Source: Leucoraja ocellata (Eukaryota). Taken from it: a DNA stretch of 64,000 nt. How positions within the stretch are numbered: the first letter of the stretch is position 1; each line of letters begins with the position of its first letter. Both the position numbers and the translations under genes were made by a program. Shown here in pieces: positions 12,359-25,349 of the stretch. Location of the stretch: the NCBI GenBank assembly GCA_036785375.1, contig JAWMAR010000193.1:3224001-3288000 (forward strand). Direction: 5' to 3'. The notes under the pieces were generated by a model. It was not told where the DNA came from. It made no database searches and worked only from the letters and a program-made list of their open reading frames with translations.

Positions 12359-13890
12359 ATTTTGATTAAACCTTTCCTACACCTATTAACAATGATTCTC
12401 TGCAGGTAGCTTTAAAGTGCACGTCATCAGTTCAAAAATTTCCCTCACTTTCCCCGCACCTCACCAAAAAAGTTAATTGCAACACTACCACTGGAAATTC
12501 TATTTTGTTGCAACAGGGGAAACACATCCAATTTAATTTAAGATTATCTTTATAACTTGGGCCATATAATTGAAGCCCTGCATTTAGGGGCACTAGGGCT
12601 ACATTTGAGATAATTTTAACCAAATTAGCAGATCTAAGAGTTTTTGTCCATTTCAAAACCTAAGGAAGTTTGAATTGTATTTTTGTCATGATGCACAAAT
12701 CTTAATTGGCGGTTATAATGCAGGCTGTGTTTAACTTTGTGAAACTTGCCTTTTGTTTTCTAGAAGTTTTTGTTCTGGGAAGGATTGCACAGCATTGGTA
12801 TGGATTGAGTAAGCTGTTGAACTAAATATAACCTGGTTTCACTTCCATTCTGTTTCATTCTTCCTCACTGCCACTTCGAACCTTTTCTCCAACTCCAGCC
12901 TCAAAATGGTCCTTTTCTAGTTTTCATGATGCATAATGAAACCCGGTTGAAATTGTTGCTTGTGAAGTAAATACCGTGTGTGCTTCTGGAAAGTGGTCAG
13001 CAGCTGTCTCCAGGTGACAAGTATTGAAAGTCTGGACTCTACAAATCGCACAACCCATATCAAAATAGTAATGCCATCATGACTGTGATTCACACTGTGT
13101 TTCTATCAGCAGTTTTGCAGTTGGTCTGAATTTGGAAGAAAATAACCATAGCAAACTTATCAGTATGGAAGACGTTTCTCTGGTAATTGGATGGTAAAAT
13201 ACTCCACTGTTTAATTTTCAGGGTTGTGAGAGTTTCAGATCTGGCTGCTGTAAAATGATTGATTTGAAACTCCTGTTGATTTCAGCTGGACGTTGAATCT
13301 CTCCTCATACATTGTGTAGACAAGTTAATACTTCTGTGATCTCTCACTTCACTCAAGGGCAGCTCTCAGCACAAGCCCCGGGGAATTCCATTCTGTTCAG
13401 GGCATCCTGACCCAAATTGAAAGTGATTTCTATGGGGACTAACAATTTACAGGGCTTTCAGAAGACTTCAAATTATGCACTTTTACAAATGTTCCTAAAC
13501 AGTTATTTTTCCTACTGACATCAGAAGCAGCATAAAAGTTAAAGTAAATTTGAATGGATTCCACTTGGCATGATTCAGTTCCAGTCAGAACAAATGATTA
13601 CCTTTTTACAGATATCTTGAATAAAGCTGCTAGTCTCCGTTGCAGTACAGGAGTTTCCCATCAATCTTGTACAGTTTCGCCATATAAACACAAAATAAGA
13701 AAATCCACTTTTCAAATATAAGCAAGATTGCTGTGCAGTTGGTCTTGGATCTGTGTACAAGATTCTATTTGCCTTGAGCCTGTCTTGCTTTGAACGTCTC
13801 ATAGTGAACAGCAATTGGAGGAATGATTTCTTTGTGCACCATTTTTTTGATGCCCCATCACTATCATTTTTTTAAAAGTACCCATCCAGT

Positions 13891-14205
13891 GTGGCACAGT
13901 GGCACAGCTGCTCTCACACTGCCAGAGACCTGGGTTTGATCCTAACCTCGGGGTGCTGTCTGTGTGGAATTTGCACAAGTTCTCCCTGTAACCACGTGGG
14001 ATTCCTTTGGGTGCTTTGGTTTCCTCCTACACCCCAAAAACATGTGAGTTTGTAGATTAAATGGCCTCCATAAATTGCACCTAGTGTGTAGGGAGTCGGT
14101 ATAAAAGTGGGATAACATAGAAGTAGTGTGAATGGGCAATCAATGGTCGGTGTGGAATTAGTGGGTTGAAGGGCCTGTTTCATGCTGTATCTGTCAATCA
14201 ATCAA
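13891..14205 (+). mobile_element. HE1/V-SINE-type SINE
   Basis: Head-core-tail structure; (tcaa)n tail. Confidence 0.85.
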
Positions 14206-14394
14206 GGTAATTCGAAAATAAAATAAGTATTTACAACTCTAACATTGCAAGCTGTCCCAAGAGGATTCATAGGGTCATTTTGAATCAAATTTTGGCATCA
14301 ACCCTAGAACTATTTGGGGTATTGGAATTTTTATAAGAGCAAATATTCATGATAACCTGAAAATAAAGCTGTATAGTGAAAGTGTGAGATAAAT

Positions 14395-14652
14395 GAGTAG
14401 GATCGTCCCCTCAACGGAAGGTTAGAGGCCCCTGACTGCTGGAGGACAAAGAAGGAAAGAGATTTAACCTTTTTTGTGCTTTCCATCACAGTGAGGAATA
14501 TGGAGGAGTCACTGTGGTGGATGTTTATGTTCAAATGTATTTTGTGTGTTCTGGTGGTTTTTATTCGTATGACTGTATGGCAAATCAAATTCCTCGTATG
14601 TTGCAAAACATACCTGGCTAATAAAATATGATTAGAATTATGATTATAATTA
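14395..14652 (+). mobile_element. Non-autonomous retroelement 3' part with Rex1-type tail
   Basis: Body homologous to 44870-44990; tail caaattcctcgtatgt...tggctaataaa resembles 52430-52462. Confidence 0.6.
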
Positions 14653-16194
14653 CAAATCTTCCCCATCCAATGCATTACCTCAGTACAGGTCATGTACTTC
14701 TCATAGCAATCAGCCTGCATATGGAATTAGGTCAGGTAGGCACTAGCATGGACAAGTTGGGCCAAAGGACCTATTTCCATGGTATATAATGCAACGCCAC
14801 TGTAATTAAAAAATGACTTAAAGTGCAGAAGATTTACTAATTATATCAACTAAAGTAACTTCTACCAAGCTAAGGAGCAAATATTTGCCACGAATGCATG
14901 AAACGGAGGATAATTTCACATAAATGTTCTTTCAATGATTGTTCATCACCTCAAGCAATAGAGTCACAAGGCTTGATTAACAGTAGAATCACACAATTAT
15001 GCCCACTCTCGCTCAGAAGACAATTTTCAATATATGTTGCCTAATTCCAAAATAATGGAGACAAATTGCAGATGAACATATTCTTGTCCTTCCATTATTA
15101 TTATCTCATTGCAGAGCTTCATTAAAAAAAAAAAACAATGCTTCTATTATATTGATTTAAAATTACACACATAACATACTACTAATATCGTGCAAATTTA
15201 GTGTATGAATTTGAAAGGCACAGGAAAATAAGAAGAAAAGTAATTTGGCATCTTGAAATTTCTGACCAGTTTAAAAAAGGGGTGGGGGCTCTAATCTGAA
15301 CTAGGATAGTACAATGTTTCCAGTTCAACTCAATTGGTTTTGGTCACTCTTTATGCTCCATATCAATGTCCACTTATGTTTCTCCACCTTGGCTCACCAA
15401 CATATTATTTCAAGTTAACTTCAGGTACGTATTCCACAAATACCTCTTGACATCTTGCCTCACTGCTACACCATCGTCAAGTATGCCTTTCACTCCATCC
15501 CTCACTCTTATTTCAGCCAGTCTGATCATTTATCCGCAAATGGCTTATAGACAGAGATTGATGTATGAGGCATCGACAAAAAGAAAACACTGCAGTGGTC
15601 TGAAGTGGCCAAGGGTCTAATCCAGGACTGCCGTGAGTCGGTGGACTGGAACATGTTCAAGGCCACCGCACCCAGCCTGAATGAATATATCTAGGTCGTC
15701 TAGGAGTAGAGAGGTTCTTCTGCAGTTGTATAGGGATCTGGTGAGACCACATATAGAGTATTGTGTATAGTTTTGGTCTCTTAATTTGAGGAAGGACATC
15801 CTTGTGATTGAGGCAGTGCAGCATAGGTTCACGAGATTGATCCCTGGGATGGCGGGACTGTCATATGAGGAAAGATTGAAAAGACTAGGCTTGTATTCAC
15901 TGGAGTTTAGAAGGATGAGGGGGAATCTTATAGAAACATATAACATTATAAAAGGACTGGACAAGCTAGATGCAGGAACATTTTTCCCAATGTTGGGCGA
16001 GTCCAGAACCAGGGGCCCCAGTCTTAGAATAAAGGGGAGGTCATTTAAGACTGAGGTGAGAAAAAACTTTTTCTCCCAGAGAGTTTTGAATTTATGGAAT
16101 TCCCTGCCACAGAGGGGAGTGGCGGCCAAATCACTGGATGGATTTAAGAGAGAGTTAGATAGAGCTCTAGGGGCTAGTGGAGTCAAGGGATATG

Positions 16195-17095
16195 AAGTCA
16201 TGTGGATAATGAAGAGGATTTCCAAAGTCTACAGAGTGATTTAGGCCATTTGGAAAAATGGGCTGAAAGATGGCAGATGGAGTTTAATGCTGATAAATGT
16301 GAGGTGCTACACCTTGGCAGGACAAATCAAAATAGGATGTACATGGTAAATGGTAGGGAATTGAAGAATACAGTTGAACAGAGGGATCTGGGAATAACCG
16401 TGCATAGTTCCTTGAAGGTGGAATCTCATATAGATAGGGTGGTAAAGAAAGCTTTTGGTATGCTAGCCTTTATAAATCAGAGCATTGAGTATAGAAGCTG
16501 GGATGTAATGTTAAAATTGTACAAGGCATTGGTGAGACCAAATCTGGAGTATGGTGTACAATTTTGGTCGCCCAATTATAGGAAGGATGTCAACAAAATA
16601 GAGAGAGTACAGAGGAGATTTACTAGAATGTTGCCTGGGTTTCAACAACTAAGTTACAGACATAGGTTGAATAAGTTAGGTCTTTATTCTCTGGAGCGCA
16701 GAAGGTTAAGGGGGGACTTGATAGAGGTCTTTAAAATGATGAGAGGGATAGACAGAGTTGATGTGGACAAGCTTTTCCCTTTGAGAATAGGGAAGATTCA
16801 AACAAGAGGACATGACTTCAGAATTAAGGGACAGAAGTTTAGGGGTAACATGAGGGGGAACTTCTTTACTCAGAGAGTGGTAGCGGTGTGGAATGAGCTT
16901 CCAGTGGAAGTGGTGTCGGCAGGTTCGTTGGTATCATTTAAAAATAAATTGGATAGGCATATGGATGAGAAGGGAATGGAGGGTTATGGTATGAGTGCAG
17001 GCAGGTGGGACTAAGGGAAAAAAGTTGTTCGGCACGGACTTGTAGGGCCGAGATGGCCTGTTTCCGTGCTGTAATTTTTATATGGTTATATGGTT
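16195..17095 (+). mobile_element. Young 5'-truncated CR1 with (ttatatgg)n tail
   Basis: Contains an uninterrupted 270-aa ORF2 C-terminus. Confidence 0.9.
16202..17014 (+). pseudogene. CR1 ORF2 C-terminal region (post-YADD RT and C-terminal domain)
   Basis: LQSDL..LEKWAERWQMEFNADKCEVLHLG, DLGI, LVRPNLEY..QFWSP; 5'-truncated, so not autonomous. Confidence 0.9.
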
Positions 17096-17724
17096 AACCT
17101 TCCTTCCATTGATATGGGGAGACGGCAGGCACGGGTTACTGATAGGGGACGATCGGCCATGATCACAATGATCGAAGGGCCGAATGGCCTACTCCTGCAC
17201 CTAATTTCTATGTTTCTATGTTTCTATGAATGGTGGTGCTGGCTCGAAGGGCCGAATGGCTTCCTCCTGCACTTATTTTCTATGTTTCTATGTTTCTATG
17301 TCACCAGTTTTATCAAGAAATGCCATGACGATGACATTCTGGCTCTATCCTGACCAGAAACCTTGCACAAACGGAGAGATTAATTCCCTACTAAACCTCA
17401 GATGTAAGGCTTTCAGGAAGGGTGTACAACATGGTGAATCATGATGTCCATGAGGCTGTCAAGGATGCCATGAGGGAATTCTAAAACAAGTTGGAGACTC
17501 ATTTTAACCAAGCAGATGCCAAGTGATTCTGGCAGGATCTGAATGCCATCACGGGCTGCAAGCCAAAATTAAAGGCAAGAACAGACAAACAAAGTTCCAC
17601 GTAGGCAAGTCCCCCCCTGTCCCTCGTTGGCTCTGTCCCATACATCTCGGTGGCAGATGTTAGATCTGCTTTATCAAGAATTAGTTCAGATTGATGACAA
17701 ACAACAATGGCCCAAACACTGATC

Positions 17725-18292
17725 CCTAGTCACCGATCACTTGCAATAAGCCTCCAGTCTGAAAAACAAGTTTCCACCACCACCTTCTGCTTACTATCAT
17801 GAAGCTTATTCTGTATCTTGTTAACTAGCTCTTCCTGGAACGTATGTAAGTTAATCTCACAAAGCAGCCCACCATGTGGAAACATATCAAAGACCTTGAT
17901 GAAGTCTGTATTGACAATGTTTATGACTGTACACTCATCAACCTTAGTTACTTCTTCAACAAACTCTATCAAAGGCATGAGATATAACCTCCCACACACA
18001 AAATAATGCCAACTGTCCCTAATCAATGCTTTCCAAATACATGTCTATCTTAACCTCAGAATCATCTCCAGTAACTTTCCTACCTTACTGGTCGATGGAT
18101 CCCAGGTTTTTCTTTTCAGCCCTTCTTAAATGAAGGCATTTGCTTTAGCATTAGCCAACCTCCTATCTCTGGCACGACACACATGTCTAACAATGATTCA
18201 TATATCTCCGCCAGGACACCTACAATTTCTTCTCTAACTTCCCACAATGTCCGGGGATATATTTGATCAGGCCCAGGAGATTTATTTGCCTT
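17725..18292 (-). mobile_element. Degraded CR1 RT region
   Basis: Minus ORFs KSPGPDQIYPRTL and DFIKVFDMFPH. Confidence 0.75.
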
Positions 18293-18409
18293 GTTTAAGA
18301 AGGAACTGCAGATGCTGGAAAATCCAAGGTAGACAAAAATGCTGGTGAAACTCAGCGGGTGAGGCAGCATCTATGAAGCGAAGGAATACGTGACGTTTCC
18401 CTTCTTCAG
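18293..18409 (-). mobile_element. Penelope-like terminal repeat, hammerhead stem II deleted
   Basis: Minus strand CUGAAGAAGG-GAAACGUCAC. Confidence 0.7.
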
Positions 18410-19012
18410 GTGCCCAACACATCCACAACAAAAAATGTAATTGTCCTTAAGAGATCTGAGCACTTAAGCAACTAAATGTAAAAAAGATAATTATCTTCAA
18501 AAGAACATTTTAAATACACAATTAGAATAGAGATAAATGCTTATAGACAACTTTAAAAACATAAAAAAGGTGAAACAATGCTAAACAATGAAAAATAGTT
18601 GTGACAGTTATTACCATAATCAGTGGCAGTGGGATTGTGCTCGGTTTCAATATAAGTTTCTGATGGTAATTTTGTAGACCAAGTATCAATCATGCTGTTC
18701 ACATTGCCTGCAAATTTCATAACGTTTCACAGGAGACAATCATTGTATCTTTTTTTTTTAACTGCTGTCAGGCATTACATCAGGCATTTTGAATTTGAAA
18801 AGTCATCTTTTAATTATTTCCCAATTCACTACTGGAGTTTCAGGAATGTGCGTTGTAGGTCCAGGCATCATTTGAAAAGAATAAAATAAATACATTGTTC
18901 ATCTTTACTCAATTTATAAATGCTTTGGAAAGAGCACTGTAATAGAAACAACACAGCATGGAATCAGGCCTTTCGGCGTCTGATTTTCCTTGTTTATAAC
19001 AGTAACATTTTG

Positions 19013-19268
19013 TGGATTTAATAGGAACCTAAGGAGTAATTTTTTCAAACAGAGTGGGGTAGGTGTAAGGAATGAACTGCCAGAGGACATAGCTGAGGCA
19101 GGTGGTATTGCAAGGTTTAAGAAACATTTGACCAGGCAGATGGATAGGGCAGGTTTAGAGGGCCAAATGCAGGCAAGTGGGACTAGTGTAGATGGGATAT
19201 GTTGGTTGGTGACAGCATGTTGGGGTGAAGGGCCTGTTTCCACATTGTAAGACTCTACGACTCTATGC
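19013..19268 (+). mobile_element. CR1 3' end
   Basis: FNRNLRSNFFKQ...; gactcta tail. Confidence 0.8.
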
Positions 19269-19284
19269 CTCTATTAGAATGTAA

Positions 19285-19800
19285 ATCCCATAATGCCTGT
19301 ACCAAATATGGTGCAAAGTTAAACTAATCTCCTCTGCCTGCATTTCACCATTCCTTGCATATCCATGTGCATTTATCAAAGCCTCGTAAACACCACTACT
19401 TCCATTACCACACCTGGCAGTGTGTTCCAGGCACCCACCACTCTCTGCACAATAAAACTTGTCCCGCACATCTCCTTCAAACTTTTCCCCTCTAACTTTA
19501 AACTATGTTCTCCAGTCTTTGACAATTCCACCCTGGGAACAAGGTTTTGAGCGCCTTCCCTATTTATGCCTTTCATAATTTTATTTATTAAAGTTTTCCT
19601 CAACCTCTGACACTCCAGAGAAAACAATCCAAATTTGTCCAACCTCTTTTTATAGCTAATACCTTCTATCCTGGGCAGCATTCTGGTAAACCTCTTGTAT
19701 CCTCTTCATCAAAGCCTCCACATCCTTCTTCGAATGGGGTGACCAGAAATGCAAAATAATCCAAATGCAGCCTAACCAAAGTTTTATAAAGTTGCAACAT
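19285..19800 (-). mobile_element. CR1 3' fragment
   Basis: Minus ORF MLPRIEGISYKKRLDKFGLFSLE...QRVVGAWNTLP. Confidence 0.8.
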
Positions 19801-21031
19801 TTCAAAAGTACGTAATTATCTGTACAGTACTTGGAATGTCATGAAAATCATCTAATGTTAATCTTTTGGATCAACAAAAAGATTTATTGAAATGGCATCA
19901 ATAATGGCAACTCGAGCCGATTTCATACATCTCGATATGTACGGACTTGAAGCCAGTTTTATACAGCATCATTTCCACTGCAGCTGATCACTTCCCGAGT
20001 CAGAAAGAATTTCAAAAATTAAAAGCACATAACCAAACCTCGAGCAAATTCAGTTTGCTTTAAGAGAGAGCAGATGTATACTGCTACGAGAGTGAGTTGA
20101 GCTACTTTGTACTCTGAATTTACAGCAGGGCAGGACAGAAAAAAAAAGTAGAGAGGAAAAATCACAGCCCAAGCTGCACATAAGGTCAGATGCAGAACAT
20201 ATGTCATAGGGGCAACATCAGCAGATACAGATGTGACTGAGTTGGCATTTGCGTTGCATGAAAATAGCATAACAGCTGGGAAATACTGGAAAGCTTTGTT
20301 TTACACTTCCTCCAGTCCAGTGTAATACTGGTAATAAACTCAAGGCTCCTGAGAGAATGCACTGTATCAGATTTACAGCAGATAGCTGATTTGTTAGGGT
20401 TTCCACTGGAAACTTTAGAATCCATTCCATTTCTGGACTATACCCAGAACGAAGTCTGCTCTGTGAACTCATTTGCTCATATATAATGGTCAGGTTTCCG
20501 TAAGATCCCCTCGTCTTACAGCTGACCATTTATCCAGAGAGGGAACACCTCATGTTCATCTTTATTTTTAAACTCTACTCCCATCAGAAAAAAAGAAAAG
20601 TGACCGCACTTAAAAGTGTTTGAAGAAGTAAAGTTTTCTCAAGAAGTGCAGTACTGCAACTAAATTGTTGCTCAATGCTCTTCTGTTGAAACATTAGCAA
20701 AGAGCATGACTGACCCAAGGTGTTACCAGATGTTCTCACTTTAAGTAGAAAATGACTATGTTACGCGAGGAAGCTGACAAAGGCTGCAAGTTACATTTCT
20801 CCCTCACACATCACTTCTTTGGTGATGATGAAGATCACATGAACCAGACCGGTAAACCAGTAGCATCCTGCCATAGATTGCACCAATTTGTAAATGAGTC
20901 GCGCACATTGTGTAGAACAAAGTATCCAGTTCCAAAAATAACCAAACTTAAGTGTGTTGGCCGCAAGTTGGGGCTAATTGGATAAGACAGTAAAATATCC
21001 CCCGAATTATTTTTAAGTTATTTGCCAAATC

Positions 21032-21260
21032 NNNNNNNNNNNNNNNNNNNNNNNNNNNNNNNNNNNNNNNNNNNNNNNNNNNNNNNNNNNNNNNNNNNNN
21101 NNNNNNNNNNNNNNNNNNNNNNNNNNNNNNNNNNNNNNNNNNNNNNNNNNNNNNNNNNNNNNNNNNNNNNNNNNNNNNNNNNNNNNNNNNNNNNNNNNNN
21201 NNNNNNNNNNNNNNNNNNNNNNNNNNNNNNNNNNNNNNNNNNNNNNNNNNNNNNNNNNNN
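21032..21260. other. Assembly gap (229 N)
   Basis: Run of N. Confidence 0.99.
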
Positions 21261-22108
21261 AAGCAATCTGTTCCAAACCACAACTTCCACTTGGATTAAT
21301 GACGCTCATGTGGGGCCTGAATGACTCGGTTGTGCTGGAACCCAGGACTACACCCATATACTTCCCAACAGCTGGTCATAGCAATGAGTTGAGGTCAGAC
21401 CACACTATGGGCACAGAACAAGCCTCCTCCTCCTTTTAAAATTGAAGTCTCTTATTTCATTGTCCTCACATAAGCCGTTTGCCATTATTAAATAAAAAGC
21501 ACTTTCACATTTCCTTGAACATACCTCAGACTTGTCATCAGTTCGAATCTTTTCGCATTTGTGCTTTAAATCAACATTTTAGAAGTTTTAATCCTTTGTG
21601 TACCACAATTACTTTTGCAAGCATATGATATACATTTTGTCACATGGCATCTGCAAAAATTATATACTTTGTCGAATCTGATTGCTGACTGTGAAGGAGA
21701 ATCAACCATACAGAACTATGGTTCATTTCATCAACTTCTGTACTCACTGAAGGAGTTTTATATTGGTGTGAGAACGACTTCTATCCTTCAATGTATAAAC
21801 AATCTGCAATGTTCAAATTTCAAGAAAACATTTTTTTAAGGTCTGTTTTTATATTTTACATAAACTCTGTGCACCAGTTTTATTGATGTTTTCTATCTTT
21901 CTAAAGCAAAAATCCGGTGAACTATGCAAGGTTTTAAAAAAAAAAAAATGTACGTTTTAACTGAAATGGGAGTTCAGAAATATGGTGGATTTGCCTCGCC
22001 ATCCACCTTAGAATGATCCCTGCCTGTCATGTTGAGAAGTTAATGAGGAGGTACCTCTGCATAGCAGTCCTATACCTGAAGTTAAAAAAAGACCTGCCCC
22101 AAGTGCCA

Positions 22109-22237
22109 GGATCTGAAGGAGTGTCCCGACCCTCTATGTGGCCCACCAATGTCCTCCGGCAATGATACCTGACCCACTGAATTACTCCAGTACATTGTGT
22201 TCTATGCAAGATCCCAGCATCCGCAATTCATTGTGTT
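22109..22237 (+). mobile_element. Degraded Penelope-like terminal repeat
   Basis: tctgaaggagtgtcccgaccc...ctgaattactccag...ccagcatccgcaatt. Confidence 0.65.
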
Positions 22238-22496
22238 GCCAAAATCCCTAACTGTACTAAGGCTGGGAACTGAGCATTGAAAATTTAGCCTATTCATCCA
22301 TTCCAGGGATCCCATTACTGACCCATGAGGATCTTCACCAGTTGGGAAATGGTGTCAAGTTAGAAAAAAGCCTGAAAATGGCTGTCGTACCAGTGTGCAG
22401 AATGGAAAGCAGGCAGCTTCTGTTGATGTCATATCCTAGGGGACTGCTTCTTGAAGCAGTTATGTAACAGTTTAAATATAAGAGGGGATAAATAAT

Positions 22497-22944
22497 GTTA
22501 GTTTAGTTTAGTTTAGAGATACAGCGTGGAAACAGGCCTTTTAGCCCACCGAGTCCGTGCCGACCAGCGATCCCTGTACACTAACGCTATCCAACACACA
22601 CGAGGGACAATTTACAATTATACCAAGTCAATTAACCTACAAACTTGTACGTCTTTGGAGTGTGGGAGGAAACTGGAGATCCGGGAGAAAACATACGCAG
22701 GTCATGGGGAGAACGTACAAACTCTGTACAGAGTCAGGATTGAATTTGAAGATACATAAGAAGGCTTTCAAATGAATGACCACCCACAACCATTTAAATG
22801 TTTTTTTATAATATATACACACGCAGGTCATGGGGAGTTTGTACAAACTCTGTACAGACAGCAGCCGTAGTCAGGATCGAACACGGGGTCTCTGGTACTG
22901 TACCAAACAAGGCAGCAACTCTATGACTGCACCACTGGGCCGCC
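22497..22944 (-). mobile_element. HE1/V-SINE-type SINE with internal duplication and insert
   Basis: (ctaaa)n tail on the minus strand; acgcaggtcatggggag...gtacaaactctgtacaga occurs twice. Confidence 0.85.
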
Positions 22945-23780
22945 CTCTGTAACCACTTCCTGTCTTTCTCCATTTCTGAACCTGATGAATCCATAGTTTA
23001 CCATTGCTCACCTTGCTTTTGTTTGCTTGGGTCCTAAACTTTGTTATTCCCTTCCTCACTGTCTCCCCTCAGGGATTTTCCTTGAAAACGGTTCTCCAAC
23101 CTATTTTTTGGTCCACATTTCTCCACATATCCTGTTTTTATTCACTGGTCCATTCTGTCTGATAAAACTCTTGTGGTAAGGTTTGAGAACCATAACAGTG
23201 TTGATGCTATGTAAATTCCAATTGTTTTTACTGCAAATCAACCTCTTGCAACACTTGCTGAAAGTATTTATTCTTTGCTTAAAGAGTTACAGATTTTTGT
23301 ATGCAGCAATGCACTCAGTTTTCGAATAGAACCTGATGAATGTCAAATTAATACTAGAATAGTTTTTAGTTTATGAGAACATATTTGTTCCCTATTTATT
23401 TGGCCCATACTTCCCATATTACAACACCCAAATTGGAAGGGTAACCAGATATTGATTAGAACTTCCCACCAACATTGTGTAGTTGTATTGTAACCGTTAA
23501 ATATCCCAGGAAACATTGGTGGATATGAAAATGAAAAAAAAAAACTAAATCTGAAGTAAAAACATAATTGTTTTGAAAAGACATAGACCATCATGTAGTA
23601 TTGGTGGAAAGGGACATACATTTTACATCGGGACTGTAATTGTCCTTATGAGCTCAGTGAGTACATGATTTCTTGAATTTCCACCTCTGATCCTCCCTGG
23701 CTGGGTGCACAATAGGGATTCTGACAAAATAACCTTGACCTGAAACATTTATGCCCTTTCCACGTGTGAATGGCTTGGGA

Positions 23781-23921
23781 GAGAGAAAATCAGAAAATTA
23801 GCAAAAGTTCATATGACACACGGTTATGCACAGGCACTAAGAAGGTAAAGGTTTTGAGAGAAAATCAGAAAATGAACAAAACTTCACAGGACACGGTTAT
23901 GCTCAGGCACTAAGAAGGTAA
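23781..23921. repeat. Two-copy tandem duplication, 75-bp period
   Basis: gagagaaaatcagaaaat...cggttatgc.caggcactaagaaggtaa at 23781 and 23856. Confidence 0.85.
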
Positions 23922-23932
23922 CTATTTTAAGA

Positions 23933-24243
23933 GTTTAGTATAGTTTAGAGATATAGCGTGGACAAAAGGACCTTCGGCCCACTGAGTCCGCACTGTCCGG
24001 CGATCCCCACACATTAACACTACCCTACACACACGAGAGACAATTTTACATTTATACCAAGCCAATTAATCTACAAACCTGTGCATCTTTGGAGTGTGGG
24101 AGGAAATCAAAACTCTCAGAGAAAATCCACGCAAGTCCCGGGGAGAACATACAAACTCCGTACAGACAAGCACCCGTAGACAGGATCGTACTCGGGCCTC
24201 TGGCACTGTAATGCAGTAGCTATACCGCTACGCCACTCTGCCA
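23933..24243 (-). mobile_element. HE1/V-SINE-type SINE
   Basis: Full head-core-tail on the minus strand. Confidence 0.85.
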
Positions 24244-24294
24244 TCTAAATATTTTATATATTTTTAAAGTAGTGAGATTTTGCATAAAGAAATA

Positions 24295-24575
24295 GGTTTA
24301 GTTTTAGTTTAATTTGGTTTATTGTCATGTGTACTGAGGTTCAATGAAAAGTTTTTGTGTTGCATGCTATCCAGTCAGCAGAAAGACTACATCATTACAA
24401 TCACACCGTGCTCAGAGTACAGATAGGATAAAGGGAATAATGTTTATTGTAAGATAAAGTCCAGTAAGTCCAATTAAAAATAGTCCGAGAATCTCCAATG
24501 ATGTAGATGGTAGGTCAGCACCGCTCTCTAGGTGGTGATAGGATGGATCAGTTGCTTGATAACCGCTGGGAACAT
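24295..24575 (-). mobile_element. Rex1-type 3' tail and UTR fragment
   Basis: ggtttattgtcatgtgtactgagg..caatgaaaag. Confidence 0.6.
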
Positions 24576-24627
24576 AATCTTCTTTAGAGGTCTTGAAACA
24601 GCAGAGGCAGAAATAACTCTAGATAGT

Positions 24628-24937
24628 GTAGGGAGAAACTGTAGTTGCTGGTTTAAACCATAGAGAGACACCAAAAGCTGGAGTAACTCAGTTGGTCAGG
24701 CAGCATCTCTGGAGAAAAGGAATAGGGAATGTTTTGGGTTGTGACCCTTCTTCAGACTTATTGTGGGGAAAAGGGAATTTGAGAATAGATAGTATTTAGG
24801 ACAAATGTACGGAAGATATGCAAAATGCAATGATAATCAAGGAAAGGTGGAGCCCAGAATGGTCCATTGAATGGTCCATTGTTTGATGGGGGAGGGGAGG
24901 GGGGGGGAGGAGAGAGAGCAGATGCAGGGGTTACTAG
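24628..24937 (-). mobile_element. Penelope-like 3' fragment with 13-bp TSD
   Basis: aactctagatagt at 24615-24627 and 24938-24950. Confidence 0.8.
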
Positions 24938-25349
24938 AACTCTAGATAGTATGGACTTGGTGCAAGAGAGAAATTTAGAGGGATCGAATAAAATTAACCC
25001 ATAGATTAAAAAATGATGGTTCATGAGAGAAGTTGGAAAGAAGTTACAGAGTTTTGGTAAAGTATAGCTCATATAGGAAAAAAAGTCAGGGAAGCGAAGA
25101 GCTCTGGCGATGATAATATATTTCATGTGTTCTCAAACCTACAATCAGTGGTGAAGAAATGGGGAAAGTGGGAGTTGAAGAAACTGGTTTCAGGATTTGT
25201 CATGGGCTTTTAACCTAGAGGTATGGGAAGTCTGGAAAATGCAACTTAGCAGTGAACAAACTGCCTTTTCAGGAAAGGTCAGCAATGGAACTTTATGAAA
25301 TCTCCAAATATTTAATAGGCTTACAAACATATAGGACATAGAGCAGAAC

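Larger units (their letters stand above)
15690..17299 (+). mobile_element. CR1 with (ttctatgt)n tail, split at 16194/17111, terminal segment duplicated
   Basis: ORF 15786 FTRLIPGMAGLSYEERL; gatatg duplicated around the inner insert. Confidence 0.85.
15617..17690 (+). mobile_element. Old Rex1 fragment (15617-15689 and 17300-17690) split by nested CR1 elements
   Basis: LIQDCRESVDWNMFKATAPSLNEY continues as VTSFIKKC...DQKP...NGEINSLL after the insertions. Confidence 0.7.

Noticed and set aside
13575-13814. 79-aa minus-strand ORF with an AAG|gtaatc donor-like site
   Set aside because: No convincing acceptor or recognisable protein motif
15617-16225. 202-aa minus-strand ORF and similar antisense ORFs over CR1 copies
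   Set aside because: Antisense shadows of CR1 ORF2
20948-21357. Four ORFs spanning the N run
   Set aside because: Artefacts of translating the assembly gap
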